DNA of 64,000 nt from Spirochaetota bacterium (GTDB lineage: Bacteria > Spirochaetota > UBA4802 > UBA5550). The position numbers were made by a program, and so were the translations under genes. The number at the start of each line of letters is the position of its first letter. Position 1 is the stretch's first letter. Where the stretch lies: NCBI GenBank assembly GCA_963664815.2, contig CAXXHB010000003.1, positions 3,840,001-3,904,000 on the forward strand. The letters run 5' to 3'. Under the pieces are notes generated by a model that had not been told where the DNA came from, searched no databases, and worked only from the letters and a program-made list of their open reading frames with translations. Positions 51,328 through 61,239 of this stretch are shown here, piece after piece.

Positions 51328-52743
51328 CTAAAAAATTATACAGGCTCCTAATGAGCCGTTTACGAAGCTCATTCTGCCGCTTTTCTGAAATATTGCTGAA
51401 TAATCAGCTCCACCGTAAATATCAACCTTTTCAGTCAGTTCAAACTGAAGATAAGCTCCGGCGGAAACCATGGGATTGAAACTGCTTTTATCAGTTGTAC
51501 TCGTAATAAGCGGATCAGATGGATTCCTGACCAGATATTTAATTACGTTATAACTTCCCCCCGATTTAAGTACCGGTCTTAATGAGAACTTATAGAAAAG
51601 CAGCATAGTATACTCAATATCAAAAAGAACAGGCACCATCACCATGTTGTCTATCTCTCCGGTATAACTGAATATCCAGTATCCGGTTTCAATACCCAGA
51701 CTGAAGCTCTTACCCGAAGCGCCGGCATCAATCAACCCGCCATAGCCATATGAAGCCATTTCACTCATAACACCCAGTGGGTAAATATACGATACAGCCC
51801 CCCTGATATATATTTTATACCCCGCGTCATATACAGCTTTCATCTCCTTCGACTCTGTAAAGATATCATTTACCGCCACTACCGAAAACCGGTGTCTACC
51901 CTCTGCCGGAAAATTCTTTATAATAAACTCACTGCCGGGAGATGTTCCCTTCTTTTTTCTCTCACCGTTTTCAGTTTCATATATTGCATATGATTTTACC
52001 CTGCTCAGCGGGTCACCCACATCTGTCCATGAAAATGCCAGCGTTACGCTCTTCCCGTCCGCAGATAGTTTTTCAGCAATATTAAAGTTACCCGGAGGCT
52101 CGGGGAGCGTATTGACTATAACCTTTTCGCTGGGGAGAGACTCCTCACCTGTATCGGCTATGGCTGTCGCGTAGATTTCATATGTCCAGCTTTTCTGAAG
52201 ATTTTTCAGCGTAGTGGATAAATCTGATGTCTCTTCTGCGAGTTTAAACTTCTCATCTTTATTTTTTACATCACGTAAATATATCCTGTAAAACTTTGCA
52301 GGTTTAAATGGCGGACTCCATGTCACTTCGATAGAAACTGTCGAAGCATTCCCTTTGAGATCGGTGGGATTCGTACGGGCAATAAACATCACCTTCTTAC
52401 GCGGAACAGTAAACTCTTCTGGGCTGATAAGATCTTTTCGGAAAAAATAATTATCCCTGTCCTCATCAACCTGATAGCCCTCTACTACCTCCCCGCTTGT
52501 CAACCGCGCAAAAACCTTTCCAAGGTAAACTTCAGTATATATTATTCTCAGGATATCCCCGCGAACAACACCTTCATATGCACCGTCTTCTTTCTTCACT
52601 GTTAGTGTTGCTATTTCATCTTTAACGATAGATCCTTTAATGATAGAACCATCTTTTTTAAAAATATACTCGGCGCTTCCTGCCACCGGAATACAGACAA
52701 CAATCACTAACAGAATTACTACTTGTGAAAAAAAATACTTCAT
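51328..52743 (-). CDS. exported protein: KDGS N-terminal domain, FN3 domains and probable C-terminal beta-barrel
   Basis: FKKDGSIIKGSIV; VDEDR..Y.FR.DL..PEEF shared with 43298-44704; terminal Phe. Confidence 0.72.
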   Translation of the reverse strand: MKYFFSQVVILLVIVVCIPVAGSAEYIFKKDGSIIKGSIVKDEIATLTVKKEDGAYEGVVRGDILRIIYTEVYLGKVFARLTSGEVVEGYQVDEDRDNYFFRKDLISPEEFTVPRKKVMFIARTNPTDLKGNASTVSIEVTWSPPFKPAKFYRIYLRDVKNKDEKFKLAEETSDLSTTLKNLQKSWTYEIYATAIADTGEESLPSEKVIVNTLPEPPGNFNIAEKLSADGKSVTLAFSWTDVGDPLSRVKSYAIYETENGERKKKGTSPGSEFIIKNFPAEGRHRFSVVAVNDIFTESKEMKAVYDAGYKIYIRGAVSYIYPLGVMSEMASYGYGGLIDAGASGKSFSLGIETGYWIFSYTGEIDNMVMVPVLFDIEYTMLLFYKFSLRPVLKSGGSYNVIKYLVRNPSDPLITSTTDKSSFNPMVSAGAYLQFELTEKVDIYGGADYSAIFQKSGRMSFVNGSLGACIIF

Positions 52744-52866
52744 TAAAACTCCCTCTTTTGAAAATGAACATTTTATATTTTTCCATTTTGATTTTTTGCG
52801 ATATAACCTTAAATTATACTAAACCGCATTATAAGGAGTTCTATTAACATTTTTAATTGATTCAGT

Positions 52867-52890
52867 CGTACAAATTTATAAATTTGGACT
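52867..52890. promoter_or_regulatory. 24-bp palindromic operator, copy 3
   Basis: CGTACAAATTTATAAATTTGGACT. Confidence 0.65.
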
Positions 52891-53191
52891 TTTTTTTAAC
52901 CTGTTGCCTTATAAATATTATTTAATTTGAAAAAATATGGTTTTTTACTGAATGTTTAAACGTTATCCCGGGCTCAAAATGTCAGGAATTTACCATTTAA
53001 AATTGTTTTAAATGAAAATATATGTCTAAAAACAATTAATTGGAAATAAATTGCCGGTAATTCCGGAATCACTAATTTCTGCGGAGAGAAGTTTTCATAT
53101 ACATGCCGTAATCAAACAAGGATGACAATCGAACCATTCAATCAGGATATTCTCGCATTTAATGAGGATAATGGATATAGAGCGACCTGAA

Positions 53192-54178
53192 TTAAGACCG
53201 TACAATAGTTTTACTTTCATATTTCGGGCCTCTGAACCCCAGGTCAACCATCACTCCATAAGTCAAAGCAAGACGGAGGTTACCGAAAAAAGCCTCGCTC
53301 CCTTTCATCCCGTCAAACATACTGTCAATACGGTCTTTCCATAAGTATTCCGTTTCCGACATAACATAATCTGTTGAGGAATTTTCATTAAATGCTTTTA
53401 TTATTGATTGCCTGAAGTTCTTCATAAACTCAACATGATCATCAAAGACAATATTAATATCATCACCGGACAGTATCCCGAAATGGCAAAGACCCACAAG
53501 CTCAGGGCTCATAATTCTTAACTTTTCCATGCTCGACATGTAATCATCATATTTGAAATTAGGGGGCATTGATGTGGGGGTTGAGAGCATCCTGTCACCG
53601 GTATAAATTGTCCCCATCGCTTCACCTGCAAACATAAAGAGAGTCCTGTCACCAATCATTACGGAAGGAGAACAATGATCGGCGGTATGCCCGGGTGTAA
53701 AAACAAGTTTAACCCTCTCCCCGCCAGCAAATTCAACAGGAAGGAAACCATCCGGTTCCACTATATGGAACACCTCATCGGGGATATAATCCATTGTACC
53801 GATAAACTTCCCGAAAGTGGTTTTTGCTCCACGCAGGTGGCCTGCCGCATCCTGCAATAATCCCTTTGTTATGCTGTTAGTATATATTTTAAAATCGCTG
53901 TTTATATCCTTAAAACGGTTCCATAACTCGGCGCATCCGCCGCCATGATCAAAGTGGTAATGACTTAAAGTAATGCCAACAAGGGATTCAGGAGCAATAC
54001 CGTGCCGTTTTAGTGATTTTAATACAACGTCAACATTATCAGAAGTTCCTATATCCATGAGGAGCGACTTTTCACCGTCACTATAGCAGAAAGCTCCTGT
54101 TATTGTTCCCATATCAAACTGCATAGTATCAACAAGGTAGGCGTTCCCCATCCTGCACTCTTTTCTTATATAGGCCAT
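53192..54178 (-). CDS. MBL-fold metallo-hydrolase
   Basis: SHYHFDHGGG (HxHxDH), TPGHTADH and CHFG. Confidence 0.88.
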   Translation of the reverse strand: MAYIRKECRMGNAYLVDTMQFDMGTITGAFCYSDGEKSLLMDIGTSDNVDVVLKSLKRHGIAPESLVGITLSHYHFDHGGGCAELWNRFKDINSDFKIYTNSITKGLLQDAAGHLRGAKTTFGKFIGTMDYIPDEVFHIVEPDGFLPVEFAGGERVKLVFTPGHTADHCSPSVMIGDRTLFMFAGEAMGTIYTGDRMLSTPTSMPPNFKYDDYMSSMEKLRIMSPELVGLCHFGILSGDDINIVFDDHVEFMKNFRQSIIKAFNENSSTDYVMSETEYLWKDRIDSMFDGMKGSEAFFGNLRLALTYGVMVDLGFRGPKYESKTIVRS

Positions 54179-54267
54179 TATATAACTCCATGTAATGTTT
54201 TCCAATCACCCGGTCAATCTCTCCCTTCAAAGCAGCAGAGAGGGCTAAAAAGACATGCTCAAATACA

Positions 54268-54558
54268 CTAACAGCAGTTTCCCGAAGAACTATTACAGTC
54301 GCAAGCCGGTTCGGTTCCTCTTATCATTCCGTTAATAACAGCTGCGGCACACCCTACTCCCGCCTTGACTGATATTGCCCCGAAGCTGCAGTTTTTTTCA
54401 CACGCGCCGCATTCCATACACCTGTCTTTATTCATTATGGATACTTTTCTGTTTTCCATTTTAAACACGGGATGTGGGCAAACCTCCATGCACATCCCAC
54501 AACCTGTACACTTTTCAGGAAAAACCTGTAAAGTTGTAATGTTCTTTAAATATATCAT
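54268..54558 (-). CDS. hgcB: mercury methylation ferredoxin HgcB
   Basis: CTGCGMCMEVCPH, CMECGAC..NC, GVGCA and C-terminal CC; ATGA overlap with hgcA. Confidence 0.95.
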   Translation of the reverse strand: MIYLKNITTLQVFPEKCTGCGMCMEVCPHPVFKMENRKVSIMNKDRCMECGACEKNCSFGAISVKAGVGCAAAVINGMIRGTEPACDCNSSSGNCC

Positions 54559-55727
54559 AAAAACCCCCAGTCGGAAACCTTGTAGAGTATAAGAAATATA
54601 AATGATATTAACGCTCCCGTTATATAAACCGGGAACGCAATTTTGATTTCCTTTTTTACGCCGGAAAGATTTGTATATGTCGAAGCCCCGGTGAACTGCA
54701 GCGCCATATATGATGAAAACACAGGAAAAAGAATCAGCGCCGAAATTATCATAAATATATTATAAGAATCTAATCCCCCGGTCAGGTATATAACAGAAAC
54801 AAAGAAAACCATGCCTGCAATCCAGCCCTTAAGAGCAAAAGACCTGAAAGGAATAAACGGCAGAAATACAGGCGTAAAGAATGCTCCGGTAAATACCGAA
54901 ATCAGTCCCGCAGCAAGAAAAAGATATCCTTTCATAATTGATTCTTTGAATATAATTCCTTCAGGAGTCAGGCCGAATATCAGGAGAATAACCAAAGCAA
55001 ATAGCGGGAACTTGACAAGTATCTGACGCAGCTCTATCGGAGTAAGTATCAGTCTGTCAATAATGTCAAAGCGTACTCTCCGCATCTCCTCATCACAGGT
55101 ATATCCGTTTGATATATACTTTTTCAAATCTGCTGCCCGTACCGGACCGTACATAACTTTAAATCCGCTTCTCTTTGTCACCTCATTTGGATTTACACCT
55201 GGAGCGCCAAGCTGAGGAACAATAATTTTCCTGTGTGAAATAATATCAGTTATTTTTGAAAGCATAATCCGCTTTACAAGTTCATCCGTACCAAAAGTCC
55301 CCTTACCTGCCGCGCACCATACATTTATACCTTTAGTATCAAGAACAAGTATCCAGGCATTAATTCCATTAAGTGACGACCTCAGCGCGTCAAAACTCAT
55401 CTTGTAGTTTGCCGTTACAAAAACATCCGATTTTTCATCGGGACTTCCGGCTGCATAAAGGCCAGGTTTAACAGTATAATTCATCCTGAATGAGCTCACC
55501 CTCGATTTAAAAGTTTCCCATAAATCACGTGATGAAAGAACAGTAGATACAACAGGAACGCTTGTAACTTCAGTCGCGATGTGCCTGACTATATAAGGAG
55601 GAGTTGCCGCCCCGGTTCCCGTATTATTTAAAGAATCAGTACATCCGCATGAAGTTTTTCCCACAGACTTCACAGTTTTCAGTGGTGAAAGCAATTTATC
55701 AGTATCATTTACTCTTTGAAATTCCAT
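54555..55727 (-). CDS. hgcA: mercury methylation corrinoid protein HgcA
   Basis: Diagnostic cap helix NVWCAAGK; PGLYA.G, TANYK.SFD.LR, PQLGAPGV, GPVRA; C-terminal TM domain with FTGASTYT. Confidence 0.97.
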   Translation of the reverse strand: MEFQRVNDTDKLLSPLKTVKSVGKTSCGCTDSLNNTGTGAATPPYIVRHIATEVTSVPVVSTVLSSRDLWETFKSRVSSFRMNYTVKPGLYAAGSPDEKSDVFVTANYKMSFDALRSSLNGINAWILVLDTKGINVWCAAGKGTFGTDELVKRIMLSKITDIISHRKIIVPQLGAPGVNPNEVTKRSGFKVMYGPVRAADLKKYISNGYTCDEEMRRVRFDIIDRLILTPIELRQILVKFPLFALVILLIFGLTPEGIIFKESIMKGYLFLAAGLISVFTGAFFTPVFLPFIPFRSFALKGWIAGMVFFVSVIYLTGGLDSYNIFMIISALILFPVFSSYMALQFTGASTYTNLSGVKKEIKIAFPVYITGALISFIFLILYKVSDWGFL

Positions 55728-55737
55728 ATTATACCTT

Positions 55738-56073
55738 TCAGCAATTACAATTAAGATTTTCAGTTTTTATCAGGTACAGGAAATCATCAAACAATCCGGA
55801 CATTTCTGCTATACCCTTAACATTCAGACAATAACATGTTTTAGGCCCGTCTATTTCACCTGAAATTAACCCTGCCGATTTCAACTCTTTCAGATGTTGA
55901 GAAACAGTCGACTGCGCCAGAGGAATCTCCAAGACAATTTCACCACATATACATGTATTTTTCTCTGAAAGTATTTTTAAAATCTCTATACGGGCAGGAT
56001 GGGAGATAGCCTTTGCAAAATCTGCAAGTTTTAATGAGTCTTTACCGAATATTTCTTTTTTATTTATAGCCAT
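55738..56073 (-). CDS. arsR: ArsR/SmtB-family regulator upstream of hgcAB
   Basis: AKAISHPARIEIL, CICGEIV..PLAQSTVSQHLKELK and CYC. Confidence 0.88.
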   Translation of the reverse strand: MAINKKEIFGKDSLKLADFAKAISHPARIEILKILSEKNTCICGEIVLEIPLAQSTVSQHLKELKSAGLISGEIDGPKTCYCLNVKGIAEMSGLFDDFLYLIKTENLNCNC

Positions 56074-56083
56074 ATTCAATATA

Positions 56084-56101
56084 TATCGTAAATATACGAT
56101 A
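56084..56101. promoter_or_regulatory. ArsR operator overlapping the promoter
   Basis: TATCGTA-AATA-TACGATA palindrome next to TTGACT (minus strand, 56103-56108). Confidence 0.7.
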
Positions 56102-56269
56102 AAGTCAAGATATTTTCTCTTTTTTAATTATAATTCCTGAACTATTTTAGTAAAAGATTTCTGCGGATGACCTTTCTAAATGTTAAACCTGCTTGACAAA
56201 CGGAATTTTACAGTTTTTCTTTTTTAATGTTTATCAATGGTAAAAAATTCAACATAGGAAAAGCTCTTT

Positions 56270-57136
56270 ATGCTTAAAAGAATACTAATTGTTGCTGCTA
56301 TTATTTTCAACTGTAATCTTTATGCTGATGAGAAGTATATTTCATGGATTGACAACCTGCGCATAAGAGAGAATCCGTCACAATCAGGCAAGATCATCAG
56401 CTCCCTTAAAAAAGGGGAGATCGTAACATCTGATACTGCTGTAGCTGAAGGGAATGTTGAAAAAATAGTATTAAACAAAACTGATTATTACGGAAACTGG
56501 AGAAAAATCAGGACAGCTGACAACAAAGAGGGATGGGTATTCTCAGCTGCACTGAAGAATTACTATTCAATAAATGGTTATTCAATTTATCTGGATGACA
56601 ATAGTATTAAGTTCTTTAAAGACAATAAACAGGTTAGCAGAATACCTGTCGATAAATTAACAATTGATATCGATTGCGATGAAGCAGAAAAATATCTGTT
56701 TTTAAGACCTTATGAATATTTGGATGAAGGTGAGGATGGTATTTTCAATCAATATACACAGGTTATTATCGTTGATTCAGAAACTCTCAAGGTTGTCAAA
56801 TCAATTGACGGCCGCTATGAGAATATCTCTTTATCTCCCGATAGTAGTGCTGCATTCATCCAGTCTGATACAATAGGTATAAGTTCACCTACTCTTACAA
56901 GGGACGGCATGATCTATTCCATTAAAAAGAATAAAGTATTATTTAAGGGTGATTACGGGGTCAACGGAAAATGGATAGATAATGATAAATTTGAAACTAT
57001 AGTTAAAGCAGGCAAAAATGTTAAGGGTATGCCCGATCCCGGTGAAAACTACCTGTACACAGAAGTCATTTTACTGGATATAAAAAGTGAAAAAATTATT
57101 CATACTGGTAAATACGAAAAAGCTATAGATGATTAA
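56270..57136 (+). CDS. exported SH3-domain protein
   Basis: Signal peptide; LRIRENPS..GKII..LKKGE.V...W.KIRT..NKEGWVFS. Confidence 0.8.
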   Translation: MLKRILIVAAIIFNCNLYADEKYISWIDNLRIRENPSQSGKIISSLKKGEIVTSDTAVAEGNVEKIVLNKTDYYGNWRKIRTADNKEGWVFSAALKNYYSINGYSIYLDDNSIKFFKDNKQVSRIPVDKLTIDIDCDEAEKYLFLRPYEYLDEGEDGIFNQYTQVIIVDSETLKVVKSIDGRYENISLSPDSSAAFIQSDTIGISSPTLTRDGMIYSIKKNKVLFKGDYGVNGKWIDNDKFETIVKAGKNVKGMPDPGENYLYTEVILLDIKSEKIIHTGKYEKAIDD

Positions 57137-57221
57137 TGGCTCCGGCAGCAGGGCATTTAATCTATTCTGAAATCCGACCTGATAAAAAACTGAATATTTC
57201 GGACGGTATTGACATTATATT

Positions 57222-57824
57222 TTATATTACATGCAATGAAGTAAGTTTTTCTTTAAGATCATATGCTGATAAAAATTGAACTGCGTTAAAACCAATCTCC
57301 TCAGCTGCTTCAATATTTATTAAACTGTCATCAATAAAGATACATCTTTCCGGTTTAAGAGTATACCTTTCCAGTAAAATGCTGAAAAGTTTTTTATCGG
57401 GTTTTACCAGTTTTTCTTTCCCAGATACAACAATTCCGTCGAACATTTGTAAAAAACTGAACCGTTTTTGTGCAATGGGAAATGTCTCAGCAGACCAGTT
57501 AGTCAATCCGAAGATTTTATACTTTTCTTTCAGAAGATACAATATTTCAACTGTTCCGGTTATTTCACCTTTCAACATCTGTTCCCATCTGCTGTAAAAG
57601 AATTCAATCAATATACTATAATCAGGAAACTTATCTTTCAGGATGGTAATACCTTCAGCAAACGGTCTGCCTCTATCCTGCTTCAGATTCCATTCGGTAT
57701 TACAGACATTATCAAGAAACCATTCCATCCTTTCGTCATTATTAAAAATAGTTCTGTAAAGGTACCGGGGATTCCAGTCGATAAGAACCCCGCCAAAATC
57801 AAAAACAACTGCATCTATTAGCAT
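57222..57824 (-). CDS. HAD-family phosphatase
   Basis: FDFGGVL, LTNWS, KPD and FIDDS. Confidence 0.9.
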   Translation of the reverse strand: MLIDAVVFDFGGVLIDWNPRYLYRTIFNNDERMEWFLDNVCNTEWNLKQDRGRPFAEGITILKDKFPDYSILIEFFYSRWEQMLKGEITGTVEILYLLKEKYKIFGLTNWSAETFPIAQKRFSFLQMFDGIVVSGKEKLVKPDKKLFSILLERYTLKPERCIFIDDSLINIEAAEEIGFNAVQFLSAYDLKEKLTSLHVI

Positions 57825-57991
57825 ACACTATACCATTTTTAAGTCTCAATCTCTGAATTGACAATAATAATTGTCAATTTTTTAATCAGTAGCTATTATT
57901 CACTTTAAAAACTATTATGTCCATTTTTCATTTAATTAATTCATTGACACAATAATTATACGTTCTTCTTCATAAATATAAGGGAATAAAG

Positions 57992-58882
57992 ATGCATATC
58001 AGAGATATCATAGATAATAATAAAATTTCGTTCAGCTTTGAATTCTTCCCGCCTCAGAATGAAAAATCATCGGAAACACTTTTCCAGACTATAAGTGAAC
58101 TTGTAAATCTGAAGCCTGCTTATGTAAGCGTTACTTATGGAGCCGGAGGCTCCACACGTGATCTTACACACGACCTTGTCGTTAAAATACAGAACCAGAC
58201 AAATCTTACGGTGGTTTCCCACCTCACCTGCGTAGGATCAACCGCTGATGAGATACATGCGATACTTTCCAGATACTGTGATAATAATATAGAAAATATA
58301 ATGGCTCTGCGGGGTGATCCAACCATCGGGTCAGAGCGCTTTATCAGAACAGAAGGGGGCTTTCAATACTCATCTGAGCTTGTTGAATATGTTAAAAAAA
58401 ATTTCCCCTCTATGGGAATAGGAGTAGCCGGTTACCCGGAGGGACATCCTGAAACTCCCAACAGGATTAAGGAGATGGATAATCTTAAAAGAAAGGTTGA
58501 CGCCGGGGCTGATTATATCTGCACACAACTTTTTTTCGATAATCACGATTTCTACGATTTCTGCGAGAGATGTGAAATAGCTGGTATAAAAATACCAATT
58601 ATAGCGGGAATAATGCCCGTTACATCCATCAAAAGCATGAACAGAATGGCGGAGCTTGCACTTGGGACAAAAATACCTGCAAAGCTTCAACGGGCGATTT
58701 CACGGGCCGAGGACGATTCTTACGTCGAAAAAGTCGGTATTCACTGGGCGACACAACAGGTTCATGAGCTTATTAATAATAACGTCAAAGGTGTCCATTT
58801 TTATACTCTTAATCAGAGCAGAGCTACAAGAAAAATTTATGAATCTCTTGGTATATCCAGTTCTGTCAGCTTAAACAGGTGA
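57992..58882 (+). CDS. metF: methylenetetrahydrofolate reductase
   Basis: SFEFFPP, SVTYGAGGS, HLTC, ALRGD, AGYPEGHP, TQLFFD and HFYTLN. Confidence 0.95.
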   Translation: MHIRDIIDNNKISFSFEFFPPQNEKSSETLFQTISELVNLKPAYVSVTYGAGGSTRDLTHDLVVKIQNQTNLTVVSHLTCVGSTADEIHAILSRYCDNNIENIMALRGDPTIGSERFIRTEGGFQYSSELVEYVKKNFPSMGIGVAGYPEGHPETPNRIKEMDNLKRKVDAGADYICTQLFFDNHDFYDFCERCEIAGIKIPIIAGIMPVTSIKSMNRMAELALGTKIPAKLQRAISRAEDDSYVEKVGIHWATQQVHELINNNVKGVHFYTLNQSRATRKIYESLGISSSVSLNR

Positions 58883-59137
58883 AATTCATATTAAATTCTT
58901 GACATTATACTAATATTTGTCCAGCGTATATAAAAATTGCATTCACTTAAGGAGTATCCGGCAGTAAAGTAAAACTACCGGGGTTTAATTTTCTGGATTT
59001 AATGTAAAGAAAGGTTTCAGCTGGAAATTCCGGCTACGATTAAACTTTTTTACATTAAATAAGAAGGAGAAAACCACTATTTTATATTTTTGCATCAGTA
59101 ACCCAATAAACATAAACTTAAATTAGGAGTAGTAATT

Positions 59138-60130
59138 ATGAGTTTTGTCGAAACCATGAGAGCGAAAGCTAAAAGTGCCGGGAAGAAGCTTGTCCTTGCA
59201 GAAGGAACAGAGCCGAGAACAGTTAAAGCCTCAAGAATAATTATGGACGAAAAGATTGCTTCAGAAGTTTTCCTTGTAGGGAACAAAGACGCGATAGCGA
59301 AAGTTGCAGGTGAGCAGGGTGTTAATTTAAGCGGAATATCACTTATCGATCCGGCAACAACAGAATTTAAATCAGAATACGCAAATGCATTCTTTGAAAT
59401 GAGAAAGCATAAAGGTGTTACAGAAGAGGAAGCTGCAAAATCGATGCTCGATAACCTCAGATTTGGCGCCATGATGGTTAAAAAGAACAAGGTTGCTGCG
59501 ATGGTTGCAGGAGCCGAGAATTCAACAGGGAAAGTTCTCCTTGCTGGATTCAACATTATCGGAACATCACCTGGAGTAAAATCTGCATCTTCCTGTTTCG
59601 TAATGGACATGCCTGACAAGAAATGGGGAAAGGACGGTCTTATGATTTTCGGGGACTGTGCAACAATTCCTGATCCAACAGCAGAACAGCTTGCAGAAAT
59701 AGCAATACAGTCTGCAGAGTCATGCAGAAAATTTCTCAACACTGAACCAATCGTTGCTCTTCTTTCTTTCTCAACAAAAGGTTCAGCAAAACATGAAAAC
59801 GTCGATAAAGTACTGAAAGCACTGGAACTTGTTAAACAGATGGCACCAACCCTGAAGATAGATGGAGAACTTCAGGCAGATGCAGCTCTTGTTGCAAGCG
59901 TAGGCCAGCAGAAAGCCCCAGGTTCAACAGTAGCAGGTTTCGCAAATACGCTTATATTCCCCGACCTTCAGTCCGGAAATATCGGCTATAAACTTGTACA
60001 GAGATTCGGAAATGCCGGAGCATATGGTCCATTCCTCCAGGGCTTCGCACAGCCAATCACTGACCTTTCAAGAGGATGTTCTGTAGACGAAATTGTTAAC
60101 ACAGCTGCTGTTACACTCGCTCAGGCATAA
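59138..60130 (+). CDS. pta: phosphate acetyltransferase
   Basis: LSFSTKGSA, DGELQADAA, FPDLQSGNIGYK and DLSRGCS. Confidence 0.95.
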   Translation: MSFVETMRAKAKSAGKKLVLAEGTEPRTVKASRIIMDEKIASEVFLVGNKDAIAKVAGEQGVNLSGISLIDPATTEFKSEYANAFFEMRKHKGVTEEEAAKSMLDNLRFGAMMVKKNKVAAMVAGAENSTGKVLLAGFNIIGTSPGVKSASSCFVMDMPDKKWGKDGLMIFGDCATIPDPTAEQLAEIAIQSAESCRKFLNTEPIVALLSFSTKGSAKHENVDKVLKALELVKQMAPTLKIDGELQADAALVASVGQQKAPGSTVAGFANTLIFPDLQSGNIGYKLVQRFGNAGAYGPFLQGFAQPITDLSRGCSVDEIVNTAAVTLAQA

Positions 60131-60168
60131 TAAGCATTCAAAATACCCGGTTAACCGGTGATGTTTTT

Positions 60169-60200
60169 AAAAAAGCAGGAGTCTTAACCCTGCTTTTTTT
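60169..60200 (+). terminator. intrinsic terminator after pta
   Basis: AAAAAAGCAGG...CCTGCTTTTTT. Confidence 0.8.
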
Positions 60201-60450
60201 ATTTCAGTTTTTTTCACTCATTTTAAGTGAAATGAATGAAATATATTTTACGAACAACTTTCAACTTTATTAATTATCTTGAATCCGTCACTATAATTAA
60301 ATATAAGATTCTCAATGCATACTCAGATTGATTCCATAAAGAACAATATAACATGCCGTATTATTAATTTACGGTGTGTCAAATTGGAAATTTTTTATTT
60401 ACAACATGAAAGTTTCAAGCATAATGGTGCTTTATGCTCCGGAGAAAAAA

Positions 60451-61116
60451 ATGAAATTTGAAGCATCAACAACGCTGCCTGAACAAATTGCAAAATATCT
60501 CGAAGACCGGATTATTCGCCGCGAGATAAAACCTGGCGAGCGACTTGTTGAAACGAAAATTGCCGATGAACTTGGAGTCAGCCAGAGTCCCATGCGAGAA
60601 GCGTTACGCATGCTTGAAAAAGTCCGACTGGTACGTCTTACTCCACGTCATGGTGCACGTGTTACAGAGATAACTGAAGATTTTATCATTTCCATTTATG
60701 ATATTTTTCAGGTACTCGTTGGGCTGGCTACTCGCAAGACAGTTGAGCGACATACTGAGATAGATATAATTGATATACGAAATCTGCTTGTAAAGATTCG
60801 TTACTACTCTCAGTTAAATGATATTTTTAACTTTAATGAAATGTATTTTCAATGGGGCATTAGATGCCTCAAGGCTGCCTATGACCCTCTTCTTGAGGAA
60901 CACCTTATTGATCTAGTTCCAAGCATCAGGCGGTTACAATATATTTCTCTTCTTAAACAGGAGCCACAGGATATTTTTGGTATTGTCGAAAAAATGCTCT
61001 ACACAACTAACTGTATAGAAAAAGGCCTCATAAAAGAGGCGGAATTAAATAATTGCACAGAAGTGGAGCGAGAAAAGAATCTTGTTCTTCAGATCTTCAG
61101 ACAATTCACCGAATAA
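60451..61116 (+). CDS. GntR-family regulator (FCD type)
   Basis: IKPGERLVETKIADELGVSQSPMREALRMLE. Confidence 0.9.
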   Translation: MKFEASTTLPEQIAKYLEDRIIRREIKPGERLVETKIADELGVSQSPMREALRMLEKVRLVRLTPRHGARVTEITEDFIISIYDIFQVLVGLATRKTVERHTEIDIIDIRNLLVKIRYYSQLNDIFNFNEMYFQWGIRCLKAAYDPLLEEHLIDLVPSIRRLQYISLLKQEPQDIFGIVEKMLYTTNCIEKGLIKEAELNNCTEVEREKNLVLQIFRQFTE

Positions 61117-61239
61117 GCTCTTTTTATCTTTTTTATCACTTCCACATAAATATATCAATTAATAATTTGACAGAGATTGTTTTGTTTGATTAATAATCGA
61201 TTATATATAATATATTATGCTATAAATAAGAGGTAAATT

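Noticed and set aside
55729-55746. ArsR ends ...CNC-TGA, which could be read as selenocysteine (CNCU)
   Set aside because: No SECIS-like hairpin is evident after the TGA; the following bases form the hgcA RBS region; Cys-rich C-termini are normal in this ArsR group.
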